The notes beneath the pieces are model-generated. The model did no database searches. It was not told the DNA's origin and saw only the letters and a program-made list of their open reading frames with translations. A DNA stretch of 32,000 nucleotides from Candidatus Methylomirabilis oxygeniifera (GTDB lineage: Bacteria > Methylomirabilota > Methylomirabilia > Methylomirabilales > Methylomirabilaceae): positions 960,001-992,000 of the forward strand of contig FP565575.1 of assembly GCA_000091165.1 (NCBI GenBank), read 5' to 3'. The stretch's first letter is position 1; each line of letters begins with the position of its first letter. The position numbers were made by a program, and so were the translations under genes. Below, piece after piece: positions 1 through 8,367 of this stretch.

Positions 1-2
1 CG

Positions 3-1421
3 GTGAGCAGCTCCGTAACCAAGGCGGAGGCGGCCGAGACGTTCTATCATCTCTCGGGTCCGAATCTGCCTCCCGTCTGTCAGGGTATCGCGTGCTTTGT
101 AGCGCGCCACCTCAATCCGGAACGTTTCTCACAAGCTGAGACGCAATCCCCACGCCTCTATTGCCTGGGACGCTGTTTCGCCGCGCCCGCCTGCCTCACG
201 GAACACCCTCAACCTCACATCGAAATTCGCGCTTCCCGCGGCGTCATTCTGGATCGGATCGTGCGGGGCGAGACGGGTCCGGACTATGGCGCGCTCCGGC
301 GCGCGCTGGACCTCACGTCTGAGGAGGTATTGCGCGAGGTCGAACGATCCGAACTTCGGGGGCGCGGGGGAGCGGGCTTCCCCACCGGCAGGAAGTGGCG
401 GGCCGTCGCTCAGCAAGAGGCCCACGAGAAATTCGTCGTCGTCAACGCGGACGAGGGCGACCCGGGCGCCTATATCGATCGCGTGATCCTCGAACGCGAT
501 CCCCACCTGCTCCTCGAGGGCGTGAGAATCGCGGCCTACGCGGTCGGCGCCCGGAGGGGTGTCATCTATCTGCGCAAGGAATACCCTGAGGCGCTGCCGG
601 CGTTGCAGCGCGCGGTCCAGGAAGCCGGACGGGTCTGGCCCGGCGAATTCGCCGTCGAGATCGTTGTCGGTCAGGGGAGTTACGTCTGCGGCGAGGAAAC
701 CGCATTACTGAATTCAATTGAAGGGAAGCGCCCGGAAGTCCGGACGCGACCCCCCTATCCGACGGCGCGCGGGCTGTATCAGCGGCCGACCCTGATCAAC
801 AATGTGGAGACCCTGGCCGCGATTCCGTGGATCATACAAGAAGGCGCCGCCGCCTACCGCAACCTCGGATTTTCGCAAAGCCGCGGGACCAAACTGCTGT
901 CGCTGAATTCGCTGTTTCGAAAACCGGGTCTCTACGAGGTGGAGTTCGGAATCACCCTCCGGGAGGTCGTCGAGGGACTGGGCGGCGGTCTGTGTTCCGG
1001 TCCGCTGAAAGGGCTGATCGTCGGGGGACCTCTGGCCGGAGTGATCCCGCCTGAGCTGCTGGATACGCGGCTTGGCTTTGAAGAGTTGCGGGAGATCGGG
1101 GCGGGGGTAGGGCACGGCGGGGTCGTGGCCTTCGACGACCGGACGTCGATCCTGGAACTCGCCCACCATGTCTTTTCTTTCGGGGCCTATGAGTCGTGCG
1201 GCAAGTGCACTCCGTGCCGGCTCGGCTCCCCGCGTGTGGAGCAGGTGTTCGCCTTGGCCCGACAGGCGGAAACGCCGTCGCAGGGGGCGTATCGCGAATT
1301 CGGAGCAATCGTTGCGGCCTTGCATCAAGCCAGCCTCTGCGGCCATGGGACAGGGCTGGCCGCTTTCGCGATGAGTGCGATGCGTTACTATCGAAAGGAG
1401 CTGGAGGCATGCCTCGGCTAA
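3..1421 (+). CDS. NuoF-family FMN/NAD(H)-binding iron-sulfur flavoprotein. Probably the diaphorase (beta) subunit of an NAD-linked formate dehydrogenase, with an N-terminal NuoE-like 2Fe-2S remnant. The true 5' end may lie upstream of the window.
   Basis: The frame is open from base 3. Motifs GRGGAGFPTGRKW, VVNADEGDPGA and the C-terminal ESCGKCTPCR are typical of NuoF/HoxF/FdsB. The N-terminus has CQGIAC...CLGRC, a CxxxxC/CxxxC pattern as in NuoE. The stop at 1419-1421 overlaps the start of the FDH alpha gene. Confidence 0.85.
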   Translation: MSSSVTKAEAAETFYHLSGPNLPPVCQGIACFVARHLNPERFSQAETQSPRLYCLGRCFAAPACLTEHPQPHIEIRASRGVILDRIVRGETGPDYGALRRALDLTSEEVLREVERSELRGRGGAGFPTGRKWRAVAQQEAHEKFVVVNADEGDPGAYIDRVILERDPHLLLEGVRIAAYAVGARRGVIYLRKEYPEALPALQRAVQEAGRVWPGEFAVEIVVGQGSYVCGEETALLNSIEGKRPEVRTRPPYPTARGLYQRPTLINNVETLAAIPWIIQEGAAAYRNLGFSQSRGTKLLSLNSLFRKPGLYEVEFGITLREVVEGLGGGLCSGPLKGLIVGGPLAGVIPPELLDTRLGFEELREIGAGVGHGGVVAFDDRTSILELAHHVFSFGAYESCGKCTPCRLGSPRVEQVFALARQAETPSQGAYREFGAIVAALHQASLCGHGTGLAAFAMSAMRYYRKELEACLG

Positions 1422-4081
1422 CGGTCAACGGGCGGGCCTTGGAGTGCGAGCCCGGCCTCACCATCTTACAGGTGCTGCGTCGGGAGGGGATCGAGGTGCC
1501 GACGCTGTGCTGGGACCAGCGGCTGCAACCCTATGGCGGTTGCCGCTTGTGCGTCGTCCGGGTCGCAGGATACGAGAAGCCGCTCACCGCCTGCAACACC
1601 CCCGTAGAGCCGGGGATGCAGATCGACAGCCATACCCCGGAACTCGAAGATCTGCGCCGCACCATGCTGGGCCTGATCGCCAGGGGGTATCCCGCCGAGG
1701 CCGTTGAGAGATGTCCGGAAAAGGAGTTCCATCGGTATATCCGCCGCTACGATCTGATGGCTGAGTTGCAGGGGCGCCCGGCGCCGGACTTGCGGGACGA
1801 CTCGCATCCGTACCTGCACGTCGACATGTCCCAGTGCGTGGACTGCTTCCGCTGCGTGCGGATCTGCGAGGAGGTGCAAGGCCAGTTCGTCTGGCGGGTA
1901 TTGGAGCGCGGCGACAGGATCCGGATTGTCCCGGACTCGGGGACCGATCTGCGGACGAGCTCGTGTGTGAGCTGTGGCGCGTGCGCGGATGCCTGCCCAA
2001 GCGGGGCGCTGGACGACCGATCGCGTGTGCAACGGGGGGCGCCGGCGACATGGACCCGGACCACGTGTCCGTACTGCGCGGTCGGGTGCGAGATGGAGGT
2101 CGGGGTCCGGGACGGACGAATCCTGGCCGTCCGTCCCGCGTTGGAGTCCCCGGTCAACAAGGGCCACCTCTGCGTCAAAGGGCGGTATGCCTTCGACTTC
2201 GTCACGGCCGCCGACCGGATTACCCGGCCTATGATTCGGAAGAATGGGGACTGGCGGCCGGTCTCGTGGGAAGAGGCGATTGCGCACACGGCCGGCGAGA
2301 TCCGGCGTCTCCTTGCCGAGCACGGCCCGGACAGCCTGGGAGTCCTGGGCTCGGCGCGGGCGACCAATGAGGAAAATTACCTCGCGCAGAAGTTCGCCCG
2401 GGTGGTCCTGGATACCCACAATGTCGATTGCTGTGCCCGCGTCTGTCACACCCCCACGGCAGCGGCGATGAAGCGGATGCTGGGCACGGGCGCGGCGACC
2501 AATTCCTTCGACGACATCGAGGCGGCGAAGACGCTGCTGCTGTGCGGGACCAACGCGACTGAGAATCACCCCGTGGTCGGGGCCCGCATCAAGCAGGCAG
2601 CGTTGCGCGGCGCCCGCCTGATCGTGGTGGATCCGCGCAAGATCGAACTGGCGCAATACGCCGACACGCACTTGGCCCTGCGTCCGGGGACGAATATCCC
2701 GCTCTTGCACGCGATGGCCCACACCATTGTGGAAGAGCGGCTTTACGACACCGGGTTTGTGCGAGATCGCGTGACCGATTTCGAGGCGTATTGCGAGTTC
2801 ATCCGTGAGTGGACGCCGGAGCGGGCCGCGGGAATCTGCGGGGTCGAGGCGTCGCTGATCCGACAGGCTGCGAGAACCTACGCCACCGAGACCCCCGCCA
2901 TGATGCTACACGGATTGGGCATGACGGAGCACGTTCAGGGCACCGAGGGGGTCATGTGCCTGGTGAACCTGGCCCTGCTCACCGGCAATATCGGCAAGCC
3001 CGGCACCGGCGTGAATCCGCTGCGGGGCCAGAACAACGTCCAGGGCTCCGCGCACATGGGCTGCGACCCGAGCATCCTGACCGGCTCGATCTCGGTCAAG
3101 GAGGGCAAAGCCCGCTTCGAGGAGGTGTGGAAGGCGCCGCTGACCTCGCGACGCGGACTGAACCTCCTGGAGATGATCGATGCGGCGGCGGAGGGGCGTT
3201 TGAAGGGGCTCTGGGTGATGGGCTATGACGTCTACCTCAGTTGTGCCCAAGAGTCGGCGACCAGGACGGCCTTCGAAAACCTGGAGTTGGTCATCATCCA
3301 GGACCTCTTTATGAACGAGACCGCCGCGCGATTCGGGACGGTCTTCTTCCCTGTCGCCTCCAATTTCGAGAAGGAGGGGACCTTCATGACTTCGGAGCGC
3401 CGCATCCAGAAGGTTCGGAAGGTCCTGGAGCCGCCGGGCGCAACGAAGACCGACTGGCAGGTGATTTGCGAGCTGGCCGCCGCGCTCGACAAGGCGGACG
3501 CGTTTCCCTATCGCTCGGCGGAGGAGATCTGGAACGAGATCCGCGAGGTCTGGCCCGCCGGGAAGGGAATCACTTATCCTCGCCTCGAGGCGGCGGGGAT
3601 CCAATGGCCCTGTCCCACGGAAGACCACCCGGGGACCCGAATCCTGCATCGCGATCAATTTTCTCTCGGGGTCAAGAGCGCCCTGGCTCGCATCTCTTTC
3701 CAGCCAAGCCCGGAGCGCACCGACGAGGAATTCCCCTTTCTGCTCAGCTCGGGCAGAAACCTCTATCAATTCGGCGCGGGGACGATGACCCTGCGAACCC
3801 CCAACAGCGTCCTGCGCCCGACCGACACCCTGGATATCTCGCCCGAGGATGCCGCCAGGTTGGGCCTGGGAGACGGGGCCCGAGTGGTGGTGCGCAGTCG
3901 CTACGGCGAGGCTACGCTGCCATTGCGGATCGACGCACGCCTGAAGCCAAGTGAACTCTTCTCCACCTTCCATTCCCCTGAATATTTCTTGAATAAGGTC
4001 ACCGGCCCGCACCGCGACTCGCAGGTCAAGACGCCGGAGTATAAGGTCACGGCGGTCCATATCGAAGCCGCGGGAACATGA
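1409..4081 (+). CDS. fdhF: Formate dehydrogenase alpha subunit (bis-MGD molybdo/tungstopterin enzyme with a NuoG-like N-terminal Fe-S domain). Cysteine type, not selenocysteine.
   Basis: ATG at 1409 follows GGAGCTGGAGG. N-terminal 2Fe-2S motif CWDQ...CRLC. Ferredoxin motifs CVDCFRCVRIC and CVSCGACADACP. MopB motif CPYCAVGCEM...HLCVKGR. The active-site motif CARVCH has TGT at 2444-2446, where Sec-type enzymes carry TGA. The ORF-track extension 1196-1408 lies inside the upstream gene. Confidence 0.93.
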   Translation: MPRLTVNGRALECEPGLTILQVLRREGIEVPTLCWDQRLQPYGGCRLCVVRVAGYEKPLTACNTPVEPGMQIDSHTPELEDLRRTMLGLIARGYPAEAVERCPEKEFHRYIRRYDLMAELQGRPAPDLRDDSHPYLHVDMSQCVDCFRCVRICEEVQGQFVWRVLERGDRIRIVPDSGTDLRTSSCVSCGACADACPSGALDDRSRVQRGAPATWTRTTCPYCAVGCEMEVGVRDGRILAVRPALESPVNKGHLCVKGRYAFDFVTAADRITRPMIRKNGDWRPVSWEEAIAHTAGEIRRLLAEHGPDSLGVLGSARATNEENYLAQKFARVVLDTHNVDCCARVCHTPTAAAMKRMLGTGAATNSFDDIEAAKTLLLCGTNATENHPVVGARIKQAALRGARLIVVDPRKIELAQYADTHLALRPGTNIPLLHAMAHTIVEERLYDTGFVRDRVTDFEAYCEFIREWTPERAAGICGVEASLIRQAARTYATETPAMMLHGLGMTEHVQGTEGVMCLVNLALLTGNIGKPGTGVNPLRGQNNVQGSAHMGCDPSILTGSISVKEGKARFEEVWKAPLTSRRGLNLLEMIDAAAEGRLKGLWVMGYDVYLSCAQESATRTAFENLELVIIQDLFMNETAARFGTVFFPVASNFEKEGTFMTSERRIQKVRKVLEPPGATKTDWQVICELAAALDKADAFPYRSAEEIWNEIREVWPAGKGITYPRLEAAGIQWPCPTEDHPGTRILHRDQFSLGVKSALARISFQPSPERTDEEFPFLLSSGRNLYQFGAGTMTLRTPNSVLRPTDTLDISPEDAARLGLGDGARVVVRSRYGEATLPLRIDARLKPSELFSTFHSPEYFLNKVTGPHRDSQVKTPEYKVTAVHIEAAGT

Positions 4082-4462
4082 TCCAAATAGCGGTGAGGAT
4101 CTGAAGCTCGCGTACACCAGGCAAGGGATCGCCGAACTGCTGGTCCAGTTCTAGTCGGCGGATTGATGGCAGGCTTCACTCACCACGAACGCTGTGGTTT
4201 GGAGGTGACTCGACATGTTTGAGCAGACTGTGTACGTTGCCATAGATGCTCATCGCTGCCTATGATTATGATTCTCCATCCACTCATGGCGGCGATGATC
4301 CGATTTGGGGCAGTGATCAGCTCAGTGGGATGCGTCCCTATCCCAAGTACATGTTTCCTCAGGTCAGTCAGGCGCACGACGGGGGCGGCGAATTGCCGTC
4401 AAGGTCTGTGGGGCTCGAATCGTTTAACGCTACCGGAACAAGCACAAAGGGGGCTGAAACCA

Positions 4463-4798
4463 TTGTCGACGACGATCATTATCAACAGCGAAGTTTTAGG
4501 AAAGGGTCCCGATGAGCTAGGGGAAAGACTCATGGGCTCTTTTTTGCGGAAATTGTGCATGCAGAGAGAGAAACCCAGTGGGATCGTTTTTTATAATTCC
4601 GGGGTGAACTTGTTGGCTCGGGGCTCATCTGTTCTGGACGCTCTGGATGTCCTCGCCGAAGCCGGCGTAGATTTAATCGCCTGCGGCACCTGCGTTGCTT
4701 TTTATAAGCTGAAAGACAAGATCTTTGTAGGCCGCATCAGTGACATGCTGGAAATCGTGTCTACGCTGATGAATTCAGAGAAGGTCATAACGATTTAG
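4463..4798 (+). CDS. DsrE-like sulfur/selenium relay protein. It resembles the C-terminal half of the ~200-aa 'sulfurtransferase-like selenium metabolism protein YedF' family. No TusA/SirA-like N-terminal domain is present.
   Basis: TTG at 4463 lies 9 nt after AAGGGGG and is in frame with track ORF 4262..4798. The sequence TIIINSEVLGKGPDELGERLM...VFYNSGVNL...ACGTCVAFYKLKDKIFVGRISDM...KVITI matches my recollection of the family pattern. The upstream in-frame residues look non-protein-like. Confidence 0.65.
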   Translation: MSTTIIINSEVLGKGPDELGERLMGSFLRKLCMQREKPSGIVFYNSGVNLLARGSSVLDALDVLAEAGVDLIACGTCVAFYKLKDKIFVGRISDMLEIVSTLMNSEKVITI

Positions 4799-5001
4799 TG
4801 CTTTCTACCTGATACTTGACGCAATCACCTGCCAGAGCTCGTGTTTCGATAGCTTTGGAAACGGAACCGATGGGGCCAGAGAAGGGATGGGACGCCTGGG
4901 AGTTCGTAGTGCACCTTGGATAGCTTGATTGTCTGGCACAGGACATCACGGGTTAGGCCAGGATTGCGTTTTGAGGCGCAATCGGCATATACTGAACCAG
5001 A

Positions 5002-5868
5002 ATGCTGTGGGGCGACCGAGAGACAGGCCGATGTGGGTGGCGCTTGCTGGATTACGCCACGAAGGGTTGGCTGTTCCTCCTGGCGGTCGTCGCGTGGTTC
5101 ACCATCGCATCTGCGGCGTCGAAGCGTGAGTTGTTGGTGTCCGCCGCGATCAGCCTGAAGGAGCCGCTGCAAGAGATTGGCGCGCTGTTTGAACAACGCC
5201 ATCCAGAGGTGAAGGTCGTTTTCAACTGGGGCGCGTCCGGTGCGTTACAGCAGCAGATCGAGCACGGTGCGCCGGTGGATCTCTATATCTCCGCTGCGTC
5301 GAAACAGATGGATGAACTTGAAGCCAAGGGTCTTCTGCTCAATGAAACCCGGCATACACTTGCTGCTAACCTGCTAGTCCTGATCAGATCTTCTGGCCTT
5401 CGGTTCGATCTCGCTTCCTTCAAAGATTTGACCAAATCTGAGATCAAGCTCATTGCTGTCGGCAGTCCACGAACCGTTCCCGCTGGAGAGTATGCGCAGA
5501 TGGTCCTGACGAGTCTTGGGTTGTGGGATTCGTTGCAGCCGAAGCTGATCTTCACGGAGAATGTTCGTCAGGCCCTGGCCTACGTCGTGCGAGGCGAGGT
5601 AGAGGCTGCCCTCGTCTATGCGACCGATGCGCAACGCGCCGGCGAATCGGTCCGGGTCATTGCCGTTGCGCCGGAAGGAAGTGCTCCATTGGCGCGCTAT
5701 CCGATTGCTGTTATCAAAACCTCGCAGCAGCCCACTGTGGCGCGAGCCTTTGTAGACTTGGCGCTGAGCGAAGGCGGACAACAGATTCTGAAGGCTCACG
5801 GATTCCTACCACCGCCGAACAGCCGAACGCATTCCTGGAGGCGCGAGACCGACATTGTACAGAAGTAG
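5002..5868 (+). CDS. modA: Molybdate ABC transporter periplasmic substrate-binding protein
   Basis: A hydrophobic signal/anchor (GWLFLLAVVAWFTIASAAS) is followed by LLVSAAISLKEPL...FNWGASGALQQQIEHGAPVDLYISAA, typical of ModA. The start is uncertain: ATG 5002 has no clear SD, and TTG 5044 is an alternative. Confidence 0.85.
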   Translation: MLWGDRETGRCGWRLLDYATKGWLFLLAVVAWFTIASAASKRELLVSAAISLKEPLQEIGALFEQRHPEVKVVFNWGASGALQQQIEHGAPVDLYISAASKQMDELEAKGLLLNETRHTLAANLLVLIRSSGLRFDLASFKDLTKSEIKLIAVGSPRTVPAGEYAQMVLTSLGLWDSLQPKLIFTENVRQALAYVVRGEVEAALVYATDAQRAGESVRVIAVAPEGSAPLARYPIAVIKTSQQPTVARAFVDLALSEGGQQILKAHGFLPPPNSRTHSWRRETDIVQK

Positions 5869-5871
5869 ATA

Positions 5872-6543
5872 GTGACAGTTATGCTTCAGATTCCGCTGGC
5901 GCCTCTGCTCCTATCGATGAAGATTGCCGGTCTTGCGACGGTAGCCGCGCTGATTCTCGGCACGCCGATCGCCTGGCTGTTGGCGCGAGGCCGCTTTCCA
6001 GGCAGGGCAGTCCTGGAGGCGATCGTTATGATTCCACTCATCTTGCCGCCTACCGTCACGGGCTATTACCTGTTGCTGCTGATTGGCCGACAAGGGTTGC
6101 TGGGACGTCTCATGGGGCAGTGGCTGAACATCGGTATCATGTTCACGTGGAAAGCTGCTGTTCTCGCCTCGACTATCGCCGCACTGCCGCTGTTCATTAA
6201 GGCTACCCAAGGGGCATTTGAAGGGATCGACCGCCGGATCGAAGATGCGGGCCGGACGTTCAAACCTGTCCTGATTGTGTTGTGCACGATCACCCTGCCG
6301 CTGGCGTGGCGGGGTATTCTGGCCGGCTCGATCCTGGCGTTTGCTCGAGCCATGGGGGAGTTTGGCATTACGCTGATGATCGCCGGGAGCATCCCGGGAC
6401 GGACCCAGACACTTGCTCTCGCGATTTATGATGCGGTTCAGGCGAATCAGCCCCAGGAGGCGAACGCCATGTCGATCCTGGCGACGGCGGCCGTCCTGCT
6501 GATTCTGGCGCTGGTCGGACGCATGACGAAGGTCAAATACTGA
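5872..6543 (+). CDS. modB: Molybdate ABC transporter permease
   Basis: 223-aa multi-pass membrane protein. It has the EAA-type loop (EDAGRTFKP...ITLPLAWRG) and sits between modA and modC. GTG 5872 or ATG 5881 could be the start. Confidence 0.85.
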   Translation: MTVMLQIPLAPLLLSMKIAGLATVAALILGTPIAWLLARGRFPGRAVLEAIVMIPLILPPTVTGYYLLLLIGRQGLLGRLMGQWLNIGIMFTWKAAVLASTIAALPLFIKATQGAFEGIDRRIEDAGRTFKPVLIVLCTITLPLAWRGILAGSILAFARAMGEFGITLMIAGSIPGRTQTLALAIYDAVQANQPQEANAMSILATAAVLLILALVGRMTKVKY

Positions 6544-7637
6544 TGCTCGATCTTGCGCTCGACAGGCGACTGCCGGGATTCCACCTCCGGACGCAACTTG
6601 TGATCGGCGACGGGATCACGGCATTGTATGGCCCGTCGGGATCGGGGAAGAGTCTGACGCTCCTGGCTATTGCCGGCCTGATCAGACCGACCTCCGGGAC
6701 GATACGCATCAACGGTCGGAGTGTCTTCGATGCGAACGCCGGTATCGATCTGGCGCCGCATCTGCGACGCGTAGGTCTGGTCTTCCAGGAGTATGCCCTC
6801 TTTCCGCATAAGACGGTATCGGGGAATCTTTCGTTTGGGTTGCCTCGAGGGACGCCTAAGAGTAAAGCGGCCGACCGGGTCAACGAGACGCTGCATCTCC
6901 TGAGGCTGGATTCGTTTGCGCAGCATTATCCGTATCAGCTCTCAGGCGGACAGCGGCAGCGCGTGGCTCTTGGACGCGCCCTGATCGGTCGTCCTGAGAT
7001 CCTGTTGCTGGACGAGCCGTTCTCTGCTCTTGATCCGGCTGTCCGCGAGATGCTCCGCCAGGAGTTGCTTCAGATGCTGGCCGATTACCAGGGTACGATC
7101 CTGCTTGTGACCCACGATCTGCAGGAGGCCTATCTTATGGCATCCACCATCGCGATCATCGATGGCGGCAAGGTGCTCCAGATGGGAACCCGGGAAGAGG
7201 TGCTCCATCAACCGCGGACCCGGCGCGTGGCCGAGCATACCAGCGCGAAGAATATCTTGCGTGGTATCGCCTGCCGCGACTCGGACAACACCTGGGATAT
7301 TGTCTGGCGAGGGCATCATCTGCGGGTGGATGGCCCGGAGCCGTCGGCTGCTGGGGAGGTAGAATTCTGCATCCGACCGGAGGATGTACGGTTGGTATGG
7401 CCGGACAGGGTGGAACGGCGTGTCAACCTCCTGCGCGGCCGAATCGTCCATGAACTCGGGCGTGGTCTTGATTACCTGCTCTTTATCAGCCTCACCGATG
7501 GAGGTGATCCCGGCAAGTACGACCTGGAAATCCAGGTTCGAAGCCGACTGTACGACCTGATGACACTGTATGTGGGAAAAGAGGTATGGCTGTCATTACC
7601 GCCGGACCGTCTACGTCTGCTGGCTCCAGATGAATGA
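6543..7637 (+). CDS. modC: Molybdate ABC transporter ATP-binding protein with a C-terminal TOBE/Mop-like domain
   Basis: Walker A GPSGSGKS, signature LSGGQRQR, Walker B LLLDEPFSALD, and a ~130-aa C-terminal beta-rich extension. The TGATG junction overlaps the modB stop. Confidence 0.88.
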   Translation: MLDLALDRRLPGFHLRTQLVIGDGITALYGPSGSGKSLTLLAIAGLIRPTSGTIRINGRSVFDANAGIDLAPHLRRVGLVFQEYALFPHKTVSGNLSFGLPRGTPKSKAADRVNETLHLLRLDSFAQHYPYQLSGGQRQRVALGRALIGRPEILLLDEPFSALDPAVREMLRQELLQMLADYQGTILLVTHDLQEAYLMASTIAIIDGGKVLQMGTREEVLHQPRTRRVAEHTSAKNILRGIACRDSDNTWDIVWRGHHLRVDGPEPSAAGEVEFCIRPEDVRLVWPDRVERRVNLLRGRIVHELGRGLDYLLFISLTDGGDPGKYDLEIQVRSRLYDLMTLYVGKEVWLSLPPDRLRLLAPDE

Positions 7638-7668
7638 CGGTTGACCGCAACTGCGTGGAGGATCGAGA

Positions 7669-8367
7669 ATGGAGCTGATCTGGCAAGGCACCAAGCAGGC
7701 TGTCCTGCTGCTTCTTTACGGCGACCCGGAGGTGCTGCGGATCATGCTGCTGTCGCTGCAGATCTCCGGGATCGCGACCCTGCTCAGCCTGCTGATAGGC
7801 ATTCCTATCGGCACCATCCTGGCCCTGAGCCGCTTCCCAGGGCGAGGCATCGCTATTAGCCTGGTCAATACCGGCATGGGCTTGCCGCCGGTCGTGGTCG
7901 GCCTCTTCGTGAGCATCTTTCTCTGGCGGAGTGGGCCGCTTGGCTTCCTGGAACTGCTCTACACACCCACCGCTATGATCCTTGCTCAACTGGTAATCGC
8001 CGCCCCGGTCGTGACCGGCCTCACGGTCGCCGCCATTCAGCAGTTGAATCCGCGACTACGTATGCAACTTATGGGGCTTGGCGCATCGAGACTTCAGGTT
8101 GTCTGTCTCCTCCTTAAAGAGGCGCGGCTGCCGCTCCTGGCGGCGCTGATGGCCGGCTTCGGTGCAGTCATCTCCGAGATTGGCGCTTCCATGATGGTAG
8201 GCGGCAACATCTCCCGGCAGACGCGGGTGCTCACCACCGCCACTGTCCTTGAAACCAGCAGAGGGAATTTCGACATGGCGATCGCGCTTTCTCTCCTGCT
8301 GATGCTTCTGACCTTTGGCGTCAACGTGACCCTCACCTGGATCCAGCAACGGGGGCGGACACCGTGA
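7669..8367 (+). CDS. Second ABC permease, TupB-like (tungstate/molybdate-type permease family)
   Basis: The N-terminus MELIWQGTKQAVLLLLYGDPEVLRIMLLSLQISGIATLLSLLIGIPIG matches the pattern I recall for TupB-type permeases. GGAGG lies 9 nt upstream of the ATG. 232 aa, multi-pass. Confidence 0.7.
   Translation: MELIWQGTKQAVLLLLYGDPEVLRIMLLSLQISGIATLLSLLIGIPIGTILALSRFPGRGIAISLVNTGMGLPPVVVGLFVSIFLWRSGPLGFLELLYTPTAMILAQLVIAAPVVTGLTVAAIQQLNPRLRMQLMGLGASRLQVVCLLLKEARLPLLAALMAGFGAVISEIGASMMVGGNISRQTRVLTTATVLETSRGNFDMAIALSLLLMLLTFGVNVTLTWIQQRGRTP

Noticed and set aside
1196-1408. N-terminal 71-codon extension of the FDH alpha ORF in the track
   Set aside because: It lies entirely inside the 3' end of the NuoF-like gene in another frame. 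It is Arg/Gly-rich nonsense. ATG 1409 has an SD and begins the conserved MPRLTVNG 2Fe-2S domain.
1466-4117. Long antisense ORFs (1466..2722 and 2906..4117, minus strand). The same applies to 8463..9446, 15884..16909, 20595..21221 and 24249..25139.
   Set aside because: Each is opposite a confidently assigned gene. They have Arg/Pro/Gly/Asp-rich low-complexity translations, as expected from stop-codon depletion in GC-rich DNA. None has a recognisable motif.
4180-4515. ORFs 4180..4377 (minus) and 4246..4515 (plus) in the fdhF-yedF spacer
   Set aside because: Neither has an SD or a recognisable domain. Their composition is atypical, and the plus ORF overlaps the better-supported YedF-like start. 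I kept the region only as an unexplained spacer.
4799-5001. Moco riboswitch upstream of modA
   Set aside because: A CGCCTGGGAG segment weakly recalls part of the motif as I remember it. I could not find the partner conserved segment or a convincing P1 pairing. cmsearch is needed, so I make no call.
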